From the NCBI GenBank assembly GCA_037305845.1, contig CP147778.1, positions 704,001-768,000 of the forward strand: a DNA stretch of 64,000 nucleotides, written 5' to 3'. The notes beneath the pieces were generated by a model. That model saw nothing but the letters and a program-made list of their open reading frames with translations, was not told where the DNA came from and made no database searches. Position numbers and translations under genes: made by a program. Shown piece by piece: positions 38,230-48,024 of the stretch (the stretch's first letter is position 1; each line of letters starts with the position of its first letter). The DNA is from Candidatus Freyarchaeum deiterrae (lineage in GTDB: Archaea; Asgardarchaeota; Jordiarchaeia; Jordiarchaeales; Jordiarchaeaceae).

Positions 38230-38676
38230 GCGTTTCTGTGAATTGTTACTGACAGACAGAATTTTTACTTTAGCAATTAGGATAAAGAGATGTTTACGTA
38301 TAGCTACCTCATTTCTTTCAATTTTTTTCCTCTTTACGGCACCGTTTAGTATTGCTATCGCAGGAGGATTACTCTTTATCTCAATTCTGAGAGTGGATCT
38401 CATATCTGATTTAGGGTTTTAAACTTGAAACAGGAATAAGTTGAAGATTTTAATTATGTGGCTTTCCTCCGTCGATTTGAAGTTACTGGGTTTTGTTTCT
38501 TTTTTGGGGTTTAAATCGTGAAAGAAGCTAAGCCTCCTCTTTTGCGGAAAACAAACAATTACACATATCATATTGAGAAACTACATATTCACTACATTTT
38601 TATGATGAGGCTTAATTTTTGTTTGGGGAAATATATTTAAAAAATTATTGGCAGATATTACTCAGAGGCGGGAAAA

Positions 38677-39147
38677 TTGAGTACTAAAGACCCAAGAAAA
38701 ATTGACATTGAAAGGCTGATTCATCTCGTTGAGGCGAATCTAGGTAACTGGAAGCCGAGTTCTATTGTTATAGTGGATATTAATTTTAAAATCTGGGGTG
38801 AAAAGGGGGAGTTCCCCGAGAGCGCATTGAAATTCTACCGCAAATTCCCTTTCACGGAAATGCATGTGGGAGACACGGTGCACAACGAGAGTAGCTTCAT
38901 GATGAAGGTTACTGATAAAACGGCTGTACTAATCGGTATGCGGGATTCTCACATTGCGAGACTTTCTGCAACTAACCTGAGGGGTAGGATAAACGCCCTA
39001 TCAGAGTTCGTGATCCTGGAAGACTACATAGAAGAAAAAGGAAGTACTGAAGCAAGCGGAAAAAAAGAAAAGTTTAAAAAGATGGAAGATTCGTTGGACA
39101 AAATGGATGAAATGTTTAAGAACGCCGACAGACTTTTCCAAGATTGA
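38677..39147 (+). CDS. Hypothetical protein (possible roadblock/profilin-like fold)
   Basis: Helix-strand-strand start and helical tail; RBS present. Confidence 0.5.
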   Translation: MSTKDPRKIDIERLIHLVEANLGNWKPSSIVIVDINFKIWGEKGEFPESALKFYRKFPFTEMHVGDTVHNESSFMMKVTDKTAVLIGMRDSHIARLSATNLRGRINALSEFVILEDYIEEKGSTEASGKKEKFKKMEDSLDKMDEMFKNADRLFQD

Positions 39148-39216
39148 CAACAACAACTCGTATTATAGTGCAGTTTGGAAGAAAGCGGCAGAGGTTGAGG
39201 TTCTTTTTTGCTTTGA

Positions 39217-39909
39217 TTAGCGTGAGTATTGTATGAGGTAGCCTTCTATGTATTTTTTTACTTTGTCTGCGGGTTGGTAGACTCCGAAGTGTCCTTCGCA
39301 GAGTATGTCTGCTTTTAGGTTGATTAGCTTCTCCATGGATTCCCTGTACTGTTCGAGGTCTGCTCCCCATTCGGGTATGAGGGGTCCGTGAATGTCCTGT
39401 CCGAATAGGACGCGTTTTCCCTTTGTGTCCAGGACTATGGATATGCCGCCGGGGGTGTGTCCCGGGGTGTGTATTAGGTTGAATTCGAGGTTGCCGAATG
39501 TGAGTCTGGTTTCGGGCTGGGTTAGTTTTAGGTCAACGGTACATGGCTCTAGTTTTATGCCGTAGGATTTGGCTCCCGTTAGGAATTGTTCTCCTTTTTC
39601 TATGTCTTGGGCGTCTAACTCGTGGGCTATGACCTCACAGCCGTAGTTTCTTCTGAATTTTGCAGCAGCGCCTATGTGGTCTATGTGTTTGTGGGTGAGG
39701 ATTAGGGCTTGGAGGTTGGTGAGTTTGAAGCCGAGTGTTTCAGCGTTCTTAACGAGAAGGTTGAAGCTTGCTCCCGCTCCCGAGTCTATTAGAACGAGTT
39801 CTTCTCCTTTTCCGCAGTCTACTAGGTAAATGCTGCAGTCGGCGCTGTTTGTAAGGGACGAGCTTCCTAGAAGGTATACTCCGCCGTATATTTCGTAGGG
39901 TTTTTCCAA
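39217..39909 (-). CDS. Glyoxalase-II-like MBL-fold hydrolase
   Basis: THKHIDH, TPGHTPG, CEGH. Confidence 0.88.
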   Translation of the reverse strand: MEKPYEIYGGVYLLGSSSLTNSADCSIYLVDCGKGEELVLIDSGAGASFNLLVKNAETLGFKLTNLQALILTHKHIDHIGAAAKFRRNYGCEVIAHELDAQDIEKGEQFLTGAKSYGIKLEPCTVDLKLTQPETRLTFGNLEFNLIHTPGHTPGGISIVLDTKGKRVLFGQDIHGPLIPEWGADLEQYRESMEKLINLKADILCEGHFGVYQPADKVKKYIEGYLIQYSR

Positions 39910-40038
39910 TTTCGAAACCTCAAATACTAATATTAAGTTAAGTAAAAAAATACTTTAATTTTATTGAGTTTAAGAAAGGGGGAGAATAGTTTTTGTTAGT
40001 TTTATGGTTCGCTTTGTATATTGTTTTTTGGTGTTAGA

Positions 40039-40767
40039 TTATTTTTTGGATTTGGGTGAGATTTGTTTTACTGGTACTCCGGCCCATATGGTGTTCGGTG
40101 GGATTTTGGTGTCTCTTGGTACGAAGGAATATGCGGCGATAATTGCGCCTTCTCCTATCTCTGCTCCGGGGAATACGAGGGAGTTGACTCCTATTACTGC
40201 TCCGTCGCCGATTTTTATTTTTTTGAGGTACAGGTTGTCTTCTTCCGAAATGTGAGGTAATATTAATGAACCTGCTCCTCCTACTGAGCTTTTGCCCATT
40301 TCTACTAGGTAGGGGTCGGAAATCAGGTTTGCAGTGGCGCCTGGTCCCATTTTGCATTTTAAGAATTTGTAGACGCGTGTGTTGAAGAGGTATTGTCCTA
40401 GTGGGGGGTCTCCCATAAATTTTCTTGCGGAGCTGGTTAGCATCGCGTTTATCATCCAGTTTCTCACATTCTTGTTTTTCATATCAACCGGGTGAGTTCC
40501 CTCCTCGAGGGGTTTTAGCTGGGCTCTGGCTACAGCTAGAAATGTTAGGTTGAAAACCCATTTTGCTAGAATATAATAGAGCGGGGTTAACCCAAGCAGT
40601 AACCACATTGGTACTGGTAGATTAAAATAGTTAATAATGAAGTATGAAGCATACGAAAGTAGTACCGGGGGTATTAGGCTGATTACCCCAGAAAGTATAA
40701 TTGAACCAGCCAGTCTTCCCACCAGCCTGGGGGGCTTCCTCAATTTCTCTTTTTCAATCTTGTGCAT
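40039..40767 (-). CDS. Membrane-anchored left-handed beta-helix acyltransferase
   Basis: Two TM helices; hexapeptides KIGDGAVIG, AEIGEGAII; WAGVP. Confidence 0.8.
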   Translation of the reverse strand: MHKIEKEKLRKPPRLVGRLAGSIILSGVISLIPPVLLSYASYFIINYFNLPVPMWLLLGLTPLYYILAKWVFNLTFLAVARAQLKPLEEGTHPVDMKNKNVRNWMINAMLTSSARKFMGDPPLGQYLFNTRVYKFLKCKMGPGATANLISDPYLVEMGKSSVGGAGSLILPHISEEDNLYLKKIKIGDGAVIGVNSLVFPGAEIGEGAIIAAYSFVPRDTKIPPNTIWAGVPVKQISPKSKK

Positions 40768-40819
40768 TGATACTTACACCTCCAATAACTTCAGAAACAT
40801 TCACTCATTCACTACTAAC

Positions 40820-40843
40820 TAATTAATTAATTAATTAATTAAT
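40820..40843. repeat. (TAAT)n self-complementary microsatellite upstream of the acyltransferase
   Basis: taattaattaattaattaattaat. Confidence 0.8.
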
Positions 40844-41053
40844 GGTTGGATAAGGTTCTCTTTCAAGCAATTGTAGTTAAATTTTTACATTGTGAAAGAT
40901 AGTTTCACCTTTAATATAAATAATACGCTATCACAAAAATAGAAAGAACTTGTAGACGATTGATTTTCCTGTTTTTTCCACGAATGTTTTTCAATTATTT
41001 GAGAAATAGAAGTTAATAGAAAAATAGTTTCCAGAAGTTATTTTTTAGAAGGT

Positions 41054-41482
41054 TTAATCGGATAGGGTTCGGAGTACTTCTTCAACATCGGATTCTAATG
41101 GTCCGCGTTTTTTGTGCATCTTCTCAACTTCGGGTACGAATTCTCTAAAGATTCTAATATTGCCATCCCAATTCTCAAAAACCTGGCCGAACTTTTTGTC
41201 AAACGCTTCTTCTACTTCCTTTCCGAATCTTTTAGCCTCCTCCTCCGTGTCACCTGCAGCAACCACTATCACGTCTTTAGAAAAGGCGAAGACAATTTTC
41301 ATTTCGCCAATAATTATGCTGATAGTGGTAAGTTCACCGACATTCTGTTTCGCCATCTCAGAAACCGCTGAGAATAGCCCTCCCAAGAGTACTGGATCAC
41401 TCTCAGATATTTTCAGTTTTTGGAAAGCAATGTTCAGGAGGGGTTCCCCCGTGATTTTGAGAATCCAAACAGCGTAAATCAT
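41054..41482 (-). CDS. Longin-like domain protein (Asgard-type)
   Basis: IYAVWIL..TGEPLL...DPVLLGGLFSAV...FDKKF. Confidence 0.75.
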   Translation of the reverse strand: MIYAVWILKITGEPLLNIAFQKLKISESDPVLLGGLFSAVSEMAKQNVGELTTISIIIGEMKIVFAFSKDVIVVAAGDTEEEAKRFGKEVEEAFDKKFGQVFENWDGNIRIFREFVPEVEKMHKKRGPLESDVEEVLRTLSD

Positions 41483-42134
41483 TATTCATTTCCTCGTTCA
41501 CTATTATGAGAAGTTGATGGATGAGGCTTCCATCCAGATAAAGTTATTCATAGCACCATGTAGTAGCTTGCTACACTCACCGTCATCCACAATATTTTAC
41601 CAGTTAATGTTTATTAAACTTTTTGCAATATTTTTTTATAGAAGCTACAAGGAACCTATTCTGTTGTTCAGAATAATAATTAGTTTTTAGGCGATATAAA
41701 GTTTAATTCTTGTAAAAGTTGTCCGGATGCGCCGAGTAGGGTGGTAAAATTAGTTTGGGGGAGAAGAGAGGTGTGGAGAAAAACTATATCTTCTCAGCGC
41801 ATCCTTCGCATTAACGGAAAAGAGGCAATATATAAACACATTGTGGTAAAACTCTCCGCTATAATTATTTTGTGTAAGTAATTTTGGGAATATTTGCAAT
41901 TGAAATTCTGATTTTATCTTTATTTCCTAGTTAAAAGATTGCAGAAATTGAAGATAATGGGGCATCAGGGGTTCTCTGAGATTGTTTCTTAGATTCCGAG
42001 CAAGTTTAATATTTTCAAAATGATAGGATTTCAGCAGGTAGCTGCATTAATAAAAAAGATAATAAGAATTCAATCTCTTAGATTACATATGGAAAGCGTG
42101 CTTCGGAACAAATATTGCCTATGTTTGCCAGTAT

Positions 42135-43718
42135 GTGGAGGTAGTGTATTTGAGTGAATCTGAACTTCTGGAAAGCGCTGAGAAAGCGGAGAAAGCGGCT
42201 GATTATGCTCTCGCTAGTGAACTCTATCTGAAAGCAGGAAATGCTTTTCAAGAAGCGGGAAATTATAACAAGTCTCGTGAATGCTATCTAAAGGCGGCAA
42301 TAAACGGTGCCGAGGGAGTTGCTGAAAAAGGCAAAACCGATAAACCCGGACTATGCTATTACAATGCGGGTTTAGCTTTTAGCAAGCTTGACCGTCCGGA
42401 GAAGGCGGCTGACTGTTTTGAGAATGCCATAAAAAACGGTAAAGACGAGCCCTGGATAGGGATGGCTTATTTCCAGTTGGGTGTTGCCTACGACCTTCTG
42501 GGGGAAAGAGAGAAGTCTGTGGACAGGCATGAAAAGGCGGTATCTTACTTTTTAAAGGCTGATAACACAAAGATGGTGGGTTTATCTTACCTAACCATCG
42601 CCATGCGGTATTTCCTCCTCAAAAAGTATAGAGAGACCATCAAGTCCTGCGAGAGAGCAGTTCCTCCTCTTGAGAGAGTCCAAGCGGAAAGTTATGTTGG
42701 GGACTGCTACTACTATATGGGTTACGCTAATCAGAAATTGGACAAGAACATCGCGGCGATTGATTGGTTTAGGAGAGCGGTTACTTACTATGAAAAGGCT
42801 GATCGTCAAGACAGGGTTGCGGCGTGTTATTCTCAGATAGGGTTCTGCTATGGAGAATTAGAGGATTATCAAAAAATGCTTGAGTACTCTCAGACGGCGA
42901 TTAAACTTTTAGAACAAAAGGGTGATAAAGCTACTCTAGCGAGCAGTTACGTGAACGCTGCCCGGGCCCAGCTGAAGCTTGGTGACAAAGAAGGTGCAGC
43001 GGAGCATCTAAAGAAAGCGATACCCATTTTGGAAGGTTTGAAAAATCGGGAGAGCTTGGTCTACTCTTATGTTCAGTTGGTAAATATTTATGACGAGCAG
43101 GGAAAGTACCGGGAGATGTTGGAACCGTTAGAGAAGAGTATTCCCTTGATGGAGGGGGAACCGCCCCAAACACTTGGAAACTGGTATTATAAAATGGGCA
43201 GAGCCTACAATGAAATCAAAATTCACGATCAGGCGCTCGAGGCTTACACGAGAGCTCTAGAAGTTTACAAGAAAATCGGCGATGAGGAGAGCATGGGAAA
43301 CGCTGAGATGAACATCGGAGGACAAATGCTTCACCTAGAAAGCGCCAGGGAAGCAATCAATCATCTCAACGAGGCTATAAAGCACTTTGAGAAAATAGAT
43401 GAAAACCTTAAAATCGGGCGATGCTACTACAACATTTCACAAGCCTACATAAGAATGGAAAAGTATAAAGAGTCTCTAGAGCCCTCAGAGGAATCACAAA
43501 AGTATGCGAAAAAAGCAAAAGACTACGAAACCGCCGCCCTAACACTATACAACATGGGAAACATCTACATCAAACTTAAAGACTCAAAGAACGCGATGAA
43601 ATACCTGGAAGAAGCAGCGAAACTTTACCAGCAGCTCGGAAATCGAGAACAAGTGATGAAATGCTCAGAAAAAATAAAGAGGCTAAAAACGGGAGCCTTT
43701 TTACCAGACACGACATAA
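42135..43718 (+). CDS. Tetratricopeptide-repeat protein with SNAP-like N-terminus
   Basis: About 12 TPR units; ASELYLKAGNAFQEAGNYNKSRECYLKAA. Confidence 0.85.
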   Translation: MEVVYLSESELLESAEKAEKAADYALASELYLKAGNAFQEAGNYNKSRECYLKAAINGAEGVAEKGKTDKPGLCYYNAGLAFSKLDRPEKAADCFENAIKNGKDEPWIGMAYFQLGVAYDLLGEREKSVDRHEKAVSYFLKADNTKMVGLSYLTIAMRYFLLKKYRETIKSCERAVPPLERVQAESYVGDCYYYMGYANQKLDKNIAAIDWFRRAVTYYEKADRQDRVAACYSQIGFCYGELEDYQKMLEYSQTAIKLLEQKGDKATLASSYVNAARAQLKLGDKEGAAEHLKKAIPILEGLKNRESLVYSYVQLVNIYDEQGKYREMLEPLEKSIPLMEGEPPQTLGNWYYKMGRAYNEIKIHDQALEAYTRALEVYKKIGDEESMGNAEMNIGGQMLHLESAREAINHLNEAIKHFEKIDENLKIGRCYYNISQAYIRMEKYKESLEPSEESQKYAKKAKDYETAALTLYNMGNIYIKLKDSKNAMKYLEEAAKLYQQLGNREQVMKCSEKIKRLKTGAFLPDTT

Positions 43719-43749
43719 GAGTGCGAAAGGAAAAATACATCCAACCCCA

Positions 43750-44037
43750 TTATCGAGTTTGTCCGCCTCCTACTGGGGGAAATATGGCTACAACATCCTC
43801 ACTCTCAAGTTTTGTTTCAAGCCCCTGCTCAAAATCGATATCGCGACCGTTGTGCAGAATTTTGATAAATTTTCTTATTTTTCCATCATCGAAAATAGCT
43901 TCCCTAAAAGGATCCCCGTATATTTCAACCAGTTTGTTGAGAAGCAATTCAATATTTTGGGCTTCTATTTCTGTCTCTTTGACCTTTGTTACTTCTCTTA
44001 GATTAGCGAAAAATTTTACCAGCAAATCTGATTCCAC
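43750..44037 (-). CDS. SAMP/MoaD/ThiS ubiquitin-like protein with a C-terminal extension
   Basis: VKFFANLRE...LHNGRDI...AIFPPVGGG-QTR. Confidence 0.85.
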   Translation of the reverse strand: MESDLLVKFFANLREVTKVKETEIEAQNIELLLNKLVEIYGDPFREAIFDDGKIRKFIKILHNGRDIDFEQGLETKLESEDVVAIFPPVGGGQTR

Positions 44038-44183
44038 CTATCAAAATCATTCTGGGTGCAAGTATCTGAATGTACTACTTTATCATGGCAACAATTTAGT
44101 GGTTGGGATATCAGCAAACGACTTCTTACCTGTATCTTCTAATACTTACTTACTTTGACTGTTTTTCGCTTCAATAAATCTTT

Positions 44184-44792
44184 TTATTTCACAGAGTGGA
44201 AGGTTCTTTTGTGTAACTTTTTTCTGGTTCTTCCAGATTTTTCCAATTTGTTCATTTTTCCCTTTTTAGAATTTTCACTTGTCAATCCGGTCCAGGGTTT
44301 TAAGCGGGGAACCCAACGGGGCACGTTTTTTATGTAAAGGAGGTATTCTTGTTTGAACCTTTGGGTTAGGGCTGGCTCTTCAGATTTAATGATGTAGACA
44401 TGGTTTACAATCAGAAATAGAGTAAACCATAGAAATAGAAAAATTGAACCGAATACTACAGCTTGGCCAAGAAGGATGATTGATACTCCGAATATCATTG
44501 GATTCCGCGTGTGGCGATAGATACCGCTAACTACAAGGTTCTTAGGCGGATCCCATGGGGCTAGTGTGCCTTTCCCGATTTTTGCAAAAAGCTGGATAGT
44601 CTTAGCCAAAAGTAACAGACCGCCGCCGATGAGCGTACATCCTGCAACTATTGGGATTACACTGAGTGGAAATGATAAGAAGAACCATCCGAGCTGAATT
44701 TCTCTCGTAATCACTATAATAATGGTTGGAATAATTATAGTAACCGTGGCGGGAAGCAGTATGATTGCTCTGAGCTGTTTCCATTTTCCCAT
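44184..44792 (-). CDS. ICMT/PEMT-family membrane methyltransferase
   Basis: GTLAPWDPPKNLVVSGIYRHTRNPM, EEPAL..RF..EY..Y...VPRW. Confidence 0.85.
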   Translation of the reverse strand: MGKWKQLRAIILLPATVTIIIPTIIIVITREIQLGWFFLSFPLSVIPIVAGCTLIGGGLLLLAKTIQLFAKIGKGTLAPWDPPKNLVVSGIYRHTRNPMIFGVSIILLGQAVVFGSIFLFLWFTLFLIVNHVYIIKSEEPALTQRFKQEYLLYIKNVPRWVPRLKPWTGLTSENSKKGKMNKLEKSGRTRKKLHKRTFHSVK

Positions 44793-44993
44793 AATGATTC
44801 AATAATTGAGCCATTAAATAGATAAACATTTTTTCCCAAAGAAATCTACAATGGTTCGCAACATTTTACTCTCCTAAACACAGAAATTCAAAAAATATTG
44901 CAATTAGCCTCAAAAAACTTGTGTATACGGGTCAACGGTTTAAAAATGGTGTCACTAGATTTTTCTGAAAATGAAGGGATGGAGTATTTATTT

Positions 44994-46796
44994 TCACTCG
45001 AATTTTTTGAGCCTGGATATTCCTATCCGTAGTGAGATATAGGCGGCTGTAATTCCGATTGCTGCGGACGCTGCTATTCCCAGAATTGAAAACGTGGTGT
45101 TTACGTTAAGTTGCGCAAGGGTTATTATGACTATCGGAATCTGAAATATCAAAATTGATGATTGGCTTGGCAAACTTAGCAATATGCTCAGGGTCGGTAT
45201 TGAGAAAATTACGTTCAGTATCCAGGGGAAGATGGCGAATAGGACCATTATTCCTTCTATGAAGAAGGTTATCACGGCGAATATTAGGAAGTTTATCAGG
45301 TTGCCGGCGCTCTGTTCTTTGAACACTGGGCGGGCGCAGTATATTCCTAGCGCAATGGCGGAGCCTATAGTGGTCATAAAGAGCATCACCGGTGCTATTG
45401 TTAGTATCTGAGAAAGTGCAGACCCCAGTGCAATTTGGAAGAACACAGCCAAAATTAAACTTAGCGGTAGACCAATTATGAGCATCTCCAAAAGTTTCGA
45501 GTAAACCAGATTTTCCACTCCTCGGGGTGCTTTTTTATAGTTCCAGAATACGTCTCTTTGCTTAACCGTCATTTGGCTTGCTTCTACTATTGATAGGAAT
45601 GCAGCCGTCAGGATTAGGTAGAGGGAAGCGAAACCGGGCAACACTAGAATTCCAGCTGTACTGGTTGTCGGTTGATAGTTGTTACTGAATCCTAGAAAAT
45701 TGAAGAAATAGACTATAAGAGGAAATACCAAGATGCTGGCCACTCTGACCACGCTCTCCATACTTCTCAAGAACTCTTTCAACTGCACCGCGGTTATCGC
45801 GCCTAGAGGCGAGGGAATCGCCCGTCTTACAAACTTGAAGAACCTGCTCTCTTTTTCAATGGTCTTTACTTCACCCATGGATATTTCAAATCTAAAAATT
45901 CTAGTTGAGAGAAGTATTCCGATCAAGAAAATCAAAAACACGAATGCTGAAAGCAGAACTAGGCTGATCTCGAGACCGGGTTGAAGAGGCAGATAATAAG
46001 GAAAAGAGTAGGGTCCAAAGGTATTAGTTATTTTGACCCAGTTGGTGCCTGTTACTGCAATAAATATTATGTTAGTCACCCATGTCGTTGGTGAAAAGGT
46101 CCAATAAAGGGATGAAGCCTGGGAGGAAAAAAGAATAAAGTACGAAAGACCAAGAAACATTCCCGCTAATCCGAGTATAGCTCTTCCTATATCTCTAATG
46201 TGATGGGAACCCTCGCTTTTCGCCTGTATGTAGGAGGATAGTAAGACTCCAACCCAAACACCTACCAGTGACGGAAGCGTGGCTGCAAAGATTATGATTA
46301 AAGGCGTAACCGTGCTTATTATGCCGTGTATTATAAAAACCGGGAAGAACAATGCAGCAACGATTATGAGGTATAAAGGTATGAAAAAGAGATTTGCTAC
46401 AAAACGGCCGAATAAGAGGTCCCTCGATCTCAGTGGGCTTGACAAGACTACATCCTGGCTCAAGACCTCTGTTTCTCTGAACACAGCTCCAACCGAGCCC
46501 ATGATGGGCGTCAAGAATCCTAGGATTCCCATAAGTTGACTCATAAGAAGCGTTAAATCAACCTGATTAAACGAGTATTGATATTGGCTGGTATACCCGT
46601 AAACAATGTAAAGATAATTTTGTACCGCGCTCATTAAAGAATTGTTCAAGTATATGGGATTTGAGAGATAAATAACGATGGCGAAGGCTGTTGTAGGAAG
46701 TGCAACCAGTATTATGGGAATTGCTCTTCTTATTACTCTGATTCGAGAGGTCATGAGGCGGTACTCATTCTTGGCTACCGCGTACCATTTTTGCAT
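44994..46796 (-). CDS. ABC-2-type exporter permease (two permease halves)
   Basis: About 14 TM helices; downstream of the ABC ATPase. Confidence 0.75.
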   Translation of the reverse strand: MQKWYAVAKNEYRLMTSRIRVIRRAIPIILVALPTTAFAIVIYLSNPIYLNNSLMSAVQNYLYIVYGYTSQYQYSFNQVDLTLLMSQLMGILGFLTPIMGSVGAVFRETEVLSQDVVLSSPLRSRDLLFGRFVANLFFIPLYLIIVAALFFPVFIIHGIISTVTPLIIIFAATLPSLVGVWVGVLLSSYIQAKSEGSHHIRDIGRAILGLAGMFLGLSYFILFSSQASSLYWTFSPTTWVTNIIFIAVTGTNWVKITNTFGPYSFPYYLPLQPGLEISLVLLSAFVFLIFLIGILLSTRIFRFEISMGEVKTIEKESRFFKFVRRAIPSPLGAITAVQLKEFLRSMESVVRVASILVFPLIVYFFNFLGFSNNYQPTTSTAGILVLPGFASLYLILTAAFLSIVEASQMTVKQRDVFWNYKKAPRGVENLVYSKLLEMLIIGLPLSLILAVFFQIALGSALSQILTIAPVMLFMTTIGSAIALGIYCARPVFKEQSAGNLINFLIFAVITFFIEGIMVLFAIFPWILNVIFSIPTLSILLSLPSQSSILIFQIPIVIITLAQLNVNTTFSILGIAASAAIGITAAYISLRIGISRLKKFE

Positions 46797-46814
46797 ACTC
46801 CTCCCCCATTTATG

Positions 46815-47579
46815 CTATGTTCTCCATTCCAAGAGGTCCTCTTTCACGGCTTCTTTTCCAATAACTTTGAGATAAGCTTTCTCCAGGGTTTTTGTTTTGG
46901 TTTCCTTAAGGATTTCTTCCAGGCTACCCTCTATTTTCATTGAGCCTTGGTCAATAATCGCGATTCTTTCACACATCTCTTCGGCAAACGACAGCATGTG
47001 TGTACATATGAAGAAGGTTTTCTTAGCTTCGGAGACCAGATCTTTAATCATGTCTTTTACCATGCGCGCCGAGGCGGGATCTAACCCTGAGATGGGTTCA
47101 TCGAGGAAGATTATTTGGGGGTCAGTAATCAGCGTGGATGCCAGTAGTACCTTTTGCTTCATACCCTTGCTGAAGCCTTCGAGTAAGTCGTTTTCACGGT
47201 TCTTAAGTTCAAAGAGTTGAAGAATCTCGTCGATGCTGTTGTAGAGTTTCTTGTGAGGGACATCGTAGAGGTCGCCCATGAATTCCAGGAACTCTTTGGC
47301 GGTTAACTTCTCATAAACTCCGGGGGTTTCAGGAAGTAGACCGGTAATTCTTTTCACTTTGTCCGATTCTTTCAGTATGTCGAAGCCTCCTACTTTAGCT
47401 GTGCCCTCGGTGGGTCTCAGTATACAGTTCAGCATTCGAACCGTCGTCGTTTTACCCGCACCGTTAGGTCCCAGTATTCCGAAAGTTTCCCCATTCTCTA
47501 CTTTCAGGTTTAACTTGTTAACCGCAACTATTTCCCCAAATTTCTTGGATAAATCCGTTGCCTCTATTGCTAACTTCAT
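46815..47579 (-). CDS. ABC transporter ATP-binding protein
   Basis: GPNGAGKT, FSKGMKQ, LDEPISGLD. Confidence 0.95.
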   Translation of the reverse strand: MKLAIEATDLSKKFGEIVAVNKLNLKVENGETFGILGPNGAGKTTTVRMLNCILRPTEGTAKVGGFDILKESDKVKRITGLLPETPGVYEKLTAKEFLEFMGDLYDVPHKKLYNSIDEILQLFELKNRENDLLEGFSKGMKQKVLLASTLITDPQIIFLDEPISGLDPASARMVKDMIKDLVSEAKKTFFICTHMLSFAEEMCERIAIIDQGSMKIEGSLEEILKETKTKTLEKAYLKVIGKEAVKEDLLEWRT

Positions 47580-48024
47580 AACCTTTTACCTCTATAATCT
47601 TGAAGATTCATTGGAATTAATACCGTGAATTCTTAAAAATCATTTGGTTAAGTATCATTTTCTATAATATTTAATGAGTTCAGGTTTTTCCAATTTATTA
47701 GGTCAAAAACCTACTCAATAAGAGACGTAGGTATTGAATTAAGCAGATTTATATAAATTTATCTAAAGAAGTAGATGAAAACCAAGCTTAAAAAATTTCC
47801 AATATACGAGCTTGTTCTCTATTTTCTAAAAACCTGCTTTCTTTTAATTCAGTATATTTTCAAAATAATAGAGCGGAATTTAGTCGAAATTTGTTTATGT
47901 TAAAGGATTCTACGATATTGGTTCTAGAGTGGCACATGATTAGAATTTATTAAAGGCAATTACTAAGCCATTTGGTTTGCTTTTCTTTACCTATGATACC
48001 ATTTTGCAAGTTCAAGTATTTTAT

